A DNA stretch of 17,901 nt from Campylobacterales bacterium (GCA_038205935.1 JBBRBK010000039.1:1-17901), one strand, 5' to 3'. Shown: positions 8,504-17,045, numbered from the stretch's first letter. A program made the numbers and translations. Notes: generated by a model from the sequence alone, not told the origin.

Positions 8504-9382
8504 ATGAAAGAATATATCGAGATTTATAACAAAAACAGAGAAAAAATTGAGACTATTATAGAAAATAGTATTGAAGGTCTCGGTAAGATCAACAATGAAG
8601 CACATAACTTCTATAAAAAACTTTTTGTCACTTTTCCCTCACTTGAAATCATATATATTGTCGATGCAACAACGAAGGTTCAAACATCTGCAAATATCTA
8701 CAGTCAATATAACGACGACACAGAGAGACAAAAAAGCAGAAGTTACCTCATCAATAAACTCCAAATCAAAGAAAATAACTTTGCTTTTACAAACCCTTAC
8801 CAAAGTTCAACAACGGGAACGCTATGCATTACTGTTTCAAAAAAAGAGGGAAATGAGATTATCTTTATGGATTTTGCTTTAGAGAAGTTACTTGAACGTG
8901 TCGGGCTTATCGAAAAACATGTCTACTTTAGCAAGATCATCAAAGCCTTTTATTTTATAGCTGGTTTTTTTATGATGTTGCTTTCTATGTCGGCAATCGT
9001 CTATGGCGGATACGATTTTATAACCAATATTACGCAAAATAGTTTGAGTATTGACGCCATATTCAAACCCGTGATTGCTACGACTCTTGGCCTTGCAATC
9101 TTTGACTTAGCAAAAACAGTGCTTGAACAGGAAGTATTCTTTAAAAGTTATTCAAAAGATTCACGAATTGAGATAAAGATACTCACAAAATTTCTTATCA
9201 CTATTTTGATAGCGCTTTCCATTGAAACACTGATGGTCGTATTTAAAATAGCAATAGAAAACTATGACAAGATGATCAATGCGCTTTACCTTATGGGTGG
9301 AATCTCATTTATCATCATCTCGCTTGCTCTTCTTATCTTTTTAACAAAAGAGAAGAAAGAAATTAGTACGGTTAATGACTAA
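8504..9382 (+). CDS. PglG/WlaM-like membrane protein: N-terminal soluble PDC/Cache-like domain plus ~4 C-terminal TM helices (PsiE-like)
   Basis: AAGGA SD. Hydrophilic ~145-aa N-terminus with Cache-like TNPYQSSTTGTLCITVS, then four hydrophobic segments including TLGLAIFDLAKT and IALSIETLMVVFK. Family assignment is from memory. Confidence 0.65.
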   Translation: MKEYIEIYNKNREKIETIIENSIEGLGKINNEAHNFYKKLFVTFPSLEIIYIVDATTKVQTSANIYSQYNDDTERQKSRSYLINKLQIKENNFAFTNPYQSSTTGTLCITVSKKEGNEIIFMDFALEKLLERVGLIEKHVYFSKIIKAFYFIAGFFMMLLSMSAIVYGGYDFITNITQNSLSIDAIFKPVIATTLGLAIFDLAKTVLEQEVFFKSYSKDSRIEIKILTKFLITILIALSIETLMVVFKIAIENYDKMINALYLMGGISFIIISLALLIFLTKEKKEISTVND

Positions 9383-9692
9383 CTAATTTTAATCCCACAA
9401 TAGAGCCTATGAGAGTACAAAGAAAAAATATTCTCATAGCACTAGCAGGCTCACCATATATGACTATCCCAACAATAGCTGCTCCCGTTGCACCGATACC
9501 TGTCCAAACTGCATATGCTGTCCCAACTGGAATATGCTCAATCGCTTTTGTTAACATATAAAAACTACTAACGGCAAATACTAAAAATGCGATTGTAGGC
9601 AATAACTTCGTAAAGTTTTCTGTTAATTTTATGGTTGATGCAAAGCCAATCTCTAAAATGCCTGCAAATATCAAATATGTCCATTCTGACAT
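9372..9692 (-). CDS. sugE: SMR family exporter, Gdx/SugE subtype
   Basis: 106 aa, four TM helices, WxxLxxAGxxE in TM1, SF in TM2, PVGTAYAVWTGIG, C-terminal GLK; AGGAG SD. 3' end overlaps the convergent gene by 11 nt. Confidence 0.88.
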   Translation of the reverse strand: MSEWTYLIFAGILEIGFASTIKLTENFTKLLPTIAFLVFAVSSFYMLTKAIEHIPVGTAYAVWTGIGATGAAIVGIVIYGEPASAMRIFFLCTLIGSIVGLKLVSH

Positions 9693-9822
9693 CGTATCTC
9701 CTAAAAATAACTTTCTTGGATAGAATATGTAGATCTTAAATCAATCCACTTATCTCGTGTTGACTAAAATAAATGTAGCTAAAACGAGAGATTAGAAAAG
9801 ATACATACACAAAGATGCAAAT

Positions 9823-9855
9823 GTTACACTAAAATTACACCTTTCGTTTTATAAT
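9823..9855 (+). promoter_or_regulatory. OmpR-type tandem direct repeat plus -10 box upstream of the response regulator
   Basis: GTTACAC-taaa-ATTACAC (11-bp period, 9823-9840), then CTTT, then TATAAT at 9850-9855. Confidence 0.65.
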
Positions 9856-9874
9856 CTAGCTAAAAAGTAGTCTA

Positions 9875-10510
9875 ATGAATATTTTTCTTGTCGAAGACGA
9901 TTATTTGCTCAATAAGTCAATTAAACAGTTTTTGACCAAAAAAGATTTTAACGTCTCTTCTTTTCATAATGGCTTAGATGCTTTAAATGCTATCAATAAT
10001 GATTTTGCTGTCATGATCCTTGACATAGATATACCAGATGTTAATGGTATCTCGATTTTAGAAGAGATCCGTAAGATTTATCCTCTCAAGCCAGTGATTA
10101 TGATCAGTGCTACTATTGATATGGATATGATTGCCTCTGCTTATCAAAAAGGTTGCAATGATTATCTCAAAAAACCTTTTGATATCAGAGAACTAGAATA
10201 TAAAATCTTAGCTTTAAATCGTAATCATCATCATAAAATACAAATCACAGAAGCTTTAGAATACGATCCTCTCACACACCAACTCTTTTATAAAGAGATT
10301 GAAATTATTTTCACAACAAAAGAACAAAAGCTCTTATCTATTCTTATTGAGAACAAAGGGCACACTGTAATGATGGAACATTTAATTTTAGGTATCTGGG
10401 GATATGAAGGAGATTCGATACATCTCCGCCAATTAGTTGCGCGTTTACGTAAAAAGATTCCTGAAAATATTATCGAAAATCGAATGGGAAGTGGTTATTG
10501 TATCGTTTAA
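9875..10510 (+). CDS. OmpR/PhoB-family DNA-binding response regulator
   Basis: Receiver motifs LVEDD, ILDIDIP (phospho-Asp), MISA, YLKKPF; winged-helix C-terminus TTKEQKLL...LRQLVARLRKKI...GSGY. Confidence 0.95.
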   Translation: MNIFLVEDDYLLNKSIKQFLTKKDFNVSSFHNGLDALNAINNDFAVMILDIDIPDVNGISILEEIRKIYPLKPVIMISATIDMDMIASAYQKGCNDYLKKPFDIRELEYKILALNRNHHHKIQITEALEYDPLTHQLFYKEIEIIFTTKEQKLLSILIENKGHTVMMEHLILGIWGYEGDSIHLRQLVARLRKKIPENIIENRMGSGYCIV

Positions 10511-12348
10511 CTCTTTCACTCATCTCTTTAGCACCTTTACTGATAGCGCAGGAAATCACACTGCCGTCTATCGCGGTTACAGACACTAAGGATACTCCTA
10601 TACAAAGCGCAGAAGATGCACAGATGCAAAATAATTTTACTCTCCAAGAACGGCTAGAAAACGACACATCTTTTTTTGTCACTAGTGGTGGAAAATATGA
10701 AAAATTACTCTCTTATCGAGGCATCGATCCTCGCGCTACAGAATATATCCAAGATGGCATTCCCCTCTACCGCACAGTCAACGGCTTCGTTGATACTACA
10801 TTTTATTCTATCAACAGCGACTTAATGTTTAACGATGGCTCAGCTCCATCTTCTAGCGGTGTTGCCGCAATGGGAGGAGAAGTAAATCTTCCCACTAAAG
10901 TACCAACTAAATCAGTTGAAGCTAGAGTTTTAGGTAGTATTTCTAACAATGATCATCGTTTGGAAGGAGATGTCAGTAGTAAAATTGGAACTGGCTATTT
11001 TCAGATACAAAGTTCATATTCAAAAGCTTCAGACTTTGATCTCTCACAAAATTTTACGCCAACACCGGTACAAGCTGAGGGCAAAAGAATCAATGCTGAT
11101 CAGGAACAAAAAAGTGTAAGTCTCAAAGCAGGTATTACCCTTGATGAGCATACTGATATCGCAGCAAAAATCCAAACAACACGCTCCTCTTTTGGAATGC
11201 CTCCAAATATCTATACTGATTCGAGCAGTTCCCCATGTAGCGCAACTGTTCCGTGTGATGCTTATGCACGTCTCAACACAAAGGATCTAAACAGTTTGTA
11301 TCTTTACGGTGACCATCATAGTGATATAGCAGATATAACAGCGAGAGCTTACTATGACCGTTATGCTGATACTTATGATTTTTACAAGGATGCCACCTAT
11401 TCAACTTTACTCTTTCCATCGTCAAGATATGATGATACTCGCATCGGAGGAAATCTCAAGTTTACCTTGGAAAATGAAAAGATGACAAATACATTTTTTT
11501 TCAAAAGTGAGCGTAATACCCACCATTGGTTAAGTGATAATAGCCGCCATGATACTGACAATCTTGAAGCAAGTTATTTATTTAACTACTTTTTTACTCC
11601 AAGGGTAAAACTAGAAGGCGGAATCAGCTATCGCGTTCTTATCCCTCATGAAAACTACCAAAATAAACAAGTCGTAGACGCTCAGCTTAAACTGAGCAGA
11701 AATTTTGATTCATGGACATTATGGGTAGCTCTTTCAAAAAAAAGCCGATTTCCATCCATGGATGAAATGTTCACATTTTTTCCATGGAATACTCCTAATC
11801 CACAGCTAAAACCCGAACAAAGTCAAAATATCGAGCTCGGTTATACTCAAAGTCTAGGTGAAAAAACGCTGCTGTCATTATCTGGGTACCGTTATGAGAT
11901 CAAAGATATGATTCTTTATGATAATAATCAATTTATCAATCGTGAAAGTGCTAAGCATTTTGGATTTGACACAAAGATCTCCACAGATTTACTTGATCAT
12001 AACCATTTAAACCTAAGCTATGGATATGCACATACGCAAGACAGCGCGGGAGAGCGTTTAGTTCTAATCCCAGAACATAAGTTTACCTTACAAGACAATA
12101 TCGATCTATTGAGTGGACTTCAAGGGTCAGTGGTATATCAATTTGTAGGAGAGCGAGATAGTCGCTACGTAGATAAAATTTATCATCTGAGTAACTATCA
12201 AACAGTTGATACCTATCTTTCATACAAGCACAAGAGTATGAGCTACCGATTTGGAATCAAAAATATTTTTGATACAGAATATGAATGGAACTATGGCTAT
12301 CCAGCTCAGGGACGTAGTCTGTTTGCCTCGTTGCAATGGGAAATGTGA
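10498..12348 (+). CDS. TonB-dependent outer-membrane receptor (plug plus beta-barrel), 616 aa
   Basis: Signal peptide, TonB-box-like LPSIAVT, plug motifs SYRG / DGIP / AMGGEVN, barrel motifs RFPSMDE, NPQLKPEQSQNIELG, GIKNIFDTEY, GRSLFASLQW. Overlaps the RR by 13 nt. Confidence 0.93.
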   Translation: MYRLTLSLISLAPLLIAQEITLPSIAVTDTKDTPIQSAEDAQMQNNFTLQERLENDTSFFVTSGGKYEKLLSYRGIDPRATEYIQDGIPLYRTVNGFVDTTFYSINSDLMFNDGSAPSSSGVAAMGGEVNLPTKVPTKSVEARVLGSISNNDHRLEGDVSSKIGTGYFQIQSSYSKASDFDLSQNFTPTPVQAEGKRINADQEQKSVSLKAGITLDEHTDIAAKIQTTRSSFGMPPNIYTDSSSSPCSATVPCDAYARLNTKDLNSLYLYGDHHSDIADITARAYYDRYADTYDFYKDATYSTLLFPSSRYDDTRIGGNLKFTLENEKMTNTFFFKSERNTHHWLSDNSRHDTDNLEASYLFNYFFTPRVKLEGGISYRVLIPHENYQNKQVVDAQLKLSRNFDSWTLWVALSKKSRFPSMDEMFTFFPWNTPNPQLKPEQSQNIELGYTQSLGEKTLLSLSGYRYEIKDMILYDNNQFINRESAKHFGFDTKISTDLLDHNHLNLSYGYAHTQDSAGERLVLIPEHKFTLQDNIDLLSGLQGSVVYQFVGERDSRYVDKIYHLSNYQTVDTYLSYKHKSMSYRFGIKNIFDTEYEWNYGYPAQGRSLFASLQWEM

Positions 12349-14237
12349 TGACAAAGCTAGGAGTCAAAAAACTTTTTATTTTTTTAACTCTTGTGAGTTC
12401 ATTACTCATTTCTGGTATATCATTTTGGCTGTATGATTATATTTCAGCTACAACAAAAGAGAAACTAGAAACTCTCTCTCAAAATGAAGCTCAAAAAATA
12501 CGATATCAATTGACAAATTTTTACGATCAGACCTCATATGCATATGAAACAACCAAACAAGATCCTTATAAAAAACTAGCAATCGCTCAACTTTATTTCG
12601 AGAAATATGGTGATGATGCTCTACTGCTACCGCTACAAAAACTTCTTAACACAGATGAACAAAATTATGAAATCTATCTCATTAATCAAAATCTCATCAT
12701 AGAAAGAACCACATTTAAAAATGATTTAGGACTCGATTTTAAGAACATTCCAAATACAATCAAACCACTTACAGAAGAATTTTCCGATCCTAAGCGAATT
12801 GACCTAGGAAAACCATACCATGAAGCTTCCACGGGAGATTTTAAACGCTATATCTTACAACTTTCAAAAGATAAGCGCTATATCATAGAACTAGGACAGT
12901 CTTTTCGTAATCGTCTTTCCTTTTTGGATACCATGAGAGGTTTAAAACGATCTATTCCTTCCCTAAAAACTTCATATGTCTTTTCTATTTTTTCTAACGA
13001 TACACAAAAAGCCGAGCCATGGACTGTAAAACAAAGCTGGTCAAGTGATCTGATCGGAAAAAATAAAAATGAGATTAACAAAACCGAGAATGCGACACAA
13101 GACCTAAAGAAGATTCTTCTTAAGATTGATCCATCTTCTGCTACCCTTTTTAATGCTTCTAGAGAAAAGCTTTATCCTTATTTGAAAAAGATAGCGAATC
13201 AAAATAAAGTGTCTGAAGCATTTTATACTGAAAATGGCCGAAATCTTCATATGATCATCCTTCCTTATCAAACTTATTACCATGCATCTGAGGGAAGCTA
13301 CTCCTTGCTCGTGATGGAATTTGATGAAACTGATAGTTATAGAGAAATTTCTATAACAAATAAAATTCTCTTTTCACTTTGGGGTCTACTTATTTTCTTT
13401 ATCACTATGATGGGTTGGTTGGGATATCAACGACTTATTGTTCCGATTGCTCTTTTAGAAAAGAGAATGAAAGAAAAAAAACTAATGAGAAATGGCAAAA
13501 TTTTAAAGCGTAATGATGAAATGGCATCTATTGTACGTACTTATAATTGGCTTCTTCAAGATCTAAACTATCAGATCACTAACAATAAGACACTTTTAAA
13601 TCAGTTTAAAGAGTTTACCGCCAACGCTGTCCATCAAATTCGTACTCCACTGAGTGTGATCAAGATTGCATTAGAATCTTTAGATGATTCTCACAATAAA
13701 GAAGCGGTACTTTACATACGCTCTTCGGCTGTGACTATGGAGCATCTATATGATTCATTGTCATTCACTTTGCAAAATAATTCTACACAACTTCCTATAC
13801 AGAGAGTTGATATCAAAAAAGTTTTACAAGAAAGAATTAAACTCTTCACCCCTGTAGCCAACTCTTTAGATACTTCTATTGAAGTGAAATTGCATACTAA
13901 TGCTGAATTTTTTATGAGTCCAAGAGAACTAGAATACCTCATCGATAACAATCTTTCCAACAGTCTCAAATATGGAACTTCAAATAAAGAAATATTTGTC
14001 ACTCTTGATGTAGCGCATAATGAACTTATCTTAGGATTTGAAAGTTATGGTAAACCTATCTCCGATACAAATGTAATTTTTGAACGTTATATTCGTTTAA
14101 ATAGTGACAAACAAGGAGGTGGTCTTGGTCTTGATATTGTCAAAAGTATCGCAAAGCGTTATAACATTATTATTCAGATTACTTACGAAGATGGTAAAAA
14201 TATCTTTCGATATTTTTTTCCTATTAAATCTTTATAA
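12348..14237 (+). CDS. Membrane sensor histidine kinase with a large periplasmic (Cache-like) domain and HAMP-like linker, ~629 aa
   Basis: ATG 12348 overlaps the receptor stop (TGATG). Two TM helices flank ~310 aa; H box AVHQIRTPL, N box IDNNLSNSLKY, F box IFERY, G2 box GGGLGLDIV; G1 box atypical (SYGKPI). Confidence 0.93.
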   Translation: MTKLGVKKLFIFLTLVSSLLISGISFWLYDYISATTKEKLETLSQNEAQKIRYQLTNFYDQTSYAYETTKQDPYKKLAIAQLYFEKYGDDALLLPLQKLLNTDEQNYEIYLINQNLIIERTTFKNDLGLDFKNIPNTIKPLTEEFSDPKRIDLGKPYHEASTGDFKRYILQLSKDKRYIIELGQSFRNRLSFLDTMRGLKRSIPSLKTSYVFSIFSNDTQKAEPWTVKQSWSSDLIGKNKNEINKTENATQDLKKILLKIDPSSATLFNASREKLYPYLKKIANQNKVSEAFYTENGRNLHMIILPYQTYYHASEGSYSLLVMEFDETDSYREISITNKILFSLWGLLIFFITMMGWLGYQRLIVPIALLEKRMKEKKLMRNGKILKRNDEMASIVRTYNWLLQDLNYQITNNKTLLNQFKEFTANAVHQIRTPLSVIKIALESLDDSHNKEAVLYIRSSAVTMEHLYDSLSFTLQNNSTQLPIQRVDIKKVLQERIKLFTPVANSLDTSIEVKLHTNAEFFMSPRELEYLIDNNLSNSLKYGTSNKEIFVTLDVAHNELILGFESYGKPISDTNVIFERYIRLNSDKQGGGLGLDIVKSIAKRYNIIIQITYEDGKNIFRYFFPIKSL

Positions 14238-14238
14238 T

Positions 14239-14270
14239 ATTACAGGTTTATCACACCTTTTTACTAAAAT
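14239..14270 (+). promoter_or_regulatory. Second copy of the tandem repeat plus -10 box, upstream of the diguanylate cyclase
   Basis: ATTACAG-gttt-ATCACAC (11-bp period, 14239-14256), then CTTT, then TAAAAT at 14265-14270. Confidence 0.6.
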
Positions 14271-14297
14271 TGTTTCATTATTAGTTCAAAGGGGGAA

Positions 14298-15203
14298 ATG
14301 GTGTTTAAACAATTTATCAATCGTATCCAAACAGTCGTACAAACCAACATAACAGACAACCCATTGTATGAAGCTATTTTTCATAGTTCCCCTAATGCTC
14401 TATGTTTGACAGACCATAATGGCAATATAAAATATATCAATCAAACCTTTTGTAATTTAACTGGATATTTGCAAGATGAGCTTATTGGGAATAATATGTC
14501 TATTTTAAAATCATTAAAAAATGATGCTTCATTGTTCACACAATTCTGGCAGGAACTCTACAATACCAGCCGCTATTCTGGGCAGATATGGAACCGGCAT
14601 AAAGATGGAAACCATTATCTTCATGATATTAATATTACTAAAATCATAAGTGATACTACATACTATTTGTGTACTTATCATGATGCGACTGAAGCTAAAC
14701 AAATAGAGGAGCGTTATCGTTATCTTGCTTTTCATGATCCACTTACAGGTCTTGCAAATCGGATGCTCTTTGAAGATAGACTCGACCAAGCTATCAAAAA
14801 TGCCGCACGAACTGGGACGATGCTAGGAGTTCTTTTTTGTGATCTCAATGAGTTTAAGCAATTAAATGATGAATATGGTCATCTAACCGGAGATAATATT
14901 CTCAAAGAAATTGCTAAACTCCTATCAACTTTTTTTCGCACTACTGACACGATTGCTCGGCTAGGAGGCGATGAATTTGTTGTCGTCGTTGAACAATTAC
15001 AAAATGATCATGAGATACAAGAGATTACCAATAAACTAAAAAAGAAGTTAAAAGAGCCTTTAGGGGAAAAAAGAGTTTACATGAGTGCAAGCATAGGAAC
15101 AGCAATATTCCCGAGTGAAGGTACTTCTAGGGATCAGTTGCTATCTATTGCTGACCATAAAATGTATGATGATAAAAGCCGATTTTATGGTTTGAATCAA
15201 TAA
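14298..15203 (+). CDS. PAS-GGDEF diguanylate cyclase
   Basis: PAS (NQTFCNLTGY..ELIG.N.SILKS...W...NRHKDG), HDPLTGLANR, DLNEFKQLNDEYGH, RxxD I-site (RTTD) five residues before an intact GGDEF, SASIG, AD..MY. Confidence 0.95.
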   Translation: MVFKQFINRIQTVVQTNITDNPLYEAIFHSSPNALCLTDHNGNIKYINQTFCNLTGYLQDELIGNNMSILKSLKNDASLFTQFWQELYNTSRYSGQIWNRHKDGNHYLHDINITKIISDTTYYLCTYHDATEAKQIEERYRYLAFHDPLTGLANRMLFEDRLDQAIKNAARTGTMLGVLFCDLNEFKQLNDEYGHLTGDNILKEIAKLLSTFFRTTDTIARLGGDEFVVVVEQLQNDHEIQEITNKLKKKLKEPLGEKRVYMSASIGTAIFPSEGTSRDQLLSIADHKMYDDKSRFYGLNQ

Positions 15204-15238
15204 GTATATTTTTTAGATAAATTGAAATATTTCGAGGT

Positions 15239-15263
15239 TAATAGCCCAAGAAGTGGGCTATTA
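15239..15263. terminator. Hairpin between the convergent cyclase and groEL genes, probable bidirectional terminator
   Basis: Perfect 10-bp stem TAATAGCCCA-agaag-TGGGCTATTA; no clear U-tract on either side. Confidence 0.6.
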
Positions 15264-15316
15264 GTAGAAGCTATAGAGGATTTTATCTAACAAAAAGTTA
15301 GATAATTTCTCTCTTG

Positions 15317-16942
15317 TTACATCATCCCTGGCATACCACCCATTCCACCCATATCTTGAGATGGTTTATCTTCTGGGATCTCATAGATCGCTGCTTCTGT
15401 TGTTAGAAGAAGACTTGAAACAGAAGTAGCATTGATAAGAGCAACACGTTCGACTTTAAGAGGATCGATGATTCCTGCTTCGAACATATCTACATATTCG
15501 CCCGTTGCCGCATTGAAACCAATGTTTTCATTACTAGCATTTTCTATGGCATTGACAACAACACCTGCGTCATATCCTGCATTGATCGCTATCTGTTTCA
15601 CAGGAGCTTTTACAGCGCGAAGAATGATCTCACATCCGATTTTTTGATCACCTGTTAGGTCAAGGTTGACTTTCATAGCAGCGCGAACAAGAGCAGCTCC
15701 ACCACCGATAACGATCCCCTCTTCAACAGCCGCTTTAGTAGCTGAGAGTGCATCATCAACACGGTCTTTTTTCTCTTTCATCTCAGTTTCAGTTGCAGCA
15801 CCTACTTTGATAACAGCTACACCGCCACTAAGTTTTGCAAGACGCTCTTGTAGTTTTTCTTTGTCATATTCACTTGATGTTGTTTCTATCTGCGTTTTGA
15901 TCTCTGAAATACGAGCTTTTACAGCCTCACTGCTTCCAGCACCATTTACGATCACAGAGTTGTCTTTATCTATCACAACACGCGCAGCTTGACCAAGGTG
16001 TTGAATAGTTGCACCTTGAAGCGTATGACCCGTTTCTTCAGAGATAACAGTACCGTTTGTAAGAACTGCAATATCTTGAAGCATCGCTTTACGTCTATCA
16101 CCAAATCCGGGAGCTTTTACCGCTGTGATATTTAAAACGCCACGCAGTTTATTTACAACCAAAGTCGAAAGTGCTTCACCTTCTACATCTTCAGCGATGA
16201 TTAAAAGTGGACGAGAAGTTTTTTGTACTTGCTCTAAAACAGGTAAAAGATCTTTTAAAGATGCTACTTTTTGGTCACTCAACAAGATGTATGGATTTTC
16301 TATTTCAGCAGTCATCTTTTCAGTATTTGTGATGAAATATGGACTTAAATATCCACGATCAAACTGCATACCCTCAACAACGATAAGCTCATCAGATATT
16401 CCCTTCGCTTCTTCAACAGTAATAACACCATCTTGACCAACTTTTTCCATAGCTTCTGCAATCATATCACCGATTTCTGTATCTGAATTCGCAGAAATTG
16501 TCGCAACTTGTGCTATCTCTTTTTTGTCTTTTACAGATCTTGATGCAGCTTTTAGGTTCGCCAAAATTGCCTCACAAGCTTTGTCCATACCGCGTTTGAC
16601 TTCGATAGGATTTGCACCTGCTGTGATGTTTCTAAGACCTTCAGAAAATATAGCATTTGCTAAAACTGTAGCCGTAGTCGTACCGTCCCCTGCCTCATCA
16701 GCAGTTCTTGATGCAACCTCTTTTACAAGTTGTGCGCCCATATTTTCAAGTCTATCTTTGAGTTCGATCTCACGAGCTACAGAAACACCATCTTTTGTGA
16801 TCACTGGAGAACCGTAGCTTTTTTGGATCAATACATTACGACCACGTGGTCCCATTGTTACTTTTACTGCGTCACAAAGTTTTTGCACTCCAACAGCTAA
16901 CTTATTTCTTGCTTCATCCGAAAAAATTATCTCTTTTGCCAT
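15317..16942 (-). CDS. groEL: Chaperonin GroEL
   Basis: [61 protein letters not shown]-repeat tail. Confidence 0.99.
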   Translation of the reverse strand: MAKEIIFSDEARNKLAVGVQKLCDAVKVTMGPRGRNVLIQKSYGSPVITKDGVSVAREIELKDRLENMGAQLVKEVASRTADEAGDGTTTATVLANAIFSEGLRNITAGANPIEVKRGMDKACEAILANLKAASRSVKDKKEIAQVATISANSDTEIGDMIAEAMEKVGQDGVITVEEAKGISDELIVVEGMQFDRGYLSPYFITNTEKMTAEIENPYILLSDQKVASLKDLLPVLEQVQKTSRPLLIIAEDVEGEALSTLVVNKLRGVLNITAVKAPGFGDRRKAMLQDIAVLTNGTVISEETGHTLQGATIQHLGQAARVVIDKDNSVIVNGAGSSEAVKARISEIKTQIETTSSEYDKEKLQERLAKLSGGVAVIKVGAATETEMKEKKDRVDDALSATKAAVEEGIVIGGGAALVRAAMKVNLDLTGDQKIGCEIILRAVKAPVKQIAINAGYDAGVVVNAIENASNENIGFNAATGEYVDMFEAGIIDPLKVERVALINATSVSSLLLTTEAAIYEIPEDKPSQDMGGMGGMPGMM

Positions 16943-16971
16943 AAATTTATTCCTTAATTATTATTTATTAC

Positions 16972-17035
16972 GGCCAAGGAATCAAATTCCTTAACCTACG
17001 TTAACACTGAGTTTCCTTCAGCAGGAAGCTCGATG
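16972..17035. repeat. Two back-to-back REP-like imperfect palindromes in the groES-groEL spacer
   Basis: Minus strand GTAG-GTTAAGGAAT-ttg-ATTCCTTGGCC (16999-16972); plus strand CACTGAGTTTCCT-tcagc-AGGAAGCTCGATG (17005-17035). Multi-copy status cannot be seen in this window. Confidence 0.55.
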
Positions 17036-17045
17036 GATCAATCTT

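Noticed and set aside
9693..9874. Guanidine-II (mini-ykkC) riboswitch upstream of sugE
   Set aside because: The one ACGA on the coding strand near the hairpin falls in a predicted stem, not in twin GC-rich hairpin loops next to the SD.
12336..12347. Kinase start at ATG 12336
   Set aside because: ATG 12348 in a TGATG overlap is the more typical coupled start; the difference is four residues.
285..16817. Many short ORFs in the track lying antisense or out of frame within larger genes (e.g. 285-632, 3349-3687, 6325-6540, 15432-16817)
   Set aside because: Shadow frames of well-supported genes, with no recognisable motifs.
16972..17035. CRISPR array or CIRCE element in the groES-groEL spacer
   Set aside because: The two hairpins differ in sequence, there is no repeat-spacer periodicity or cas gene, and no match to the CIRCE consensus.
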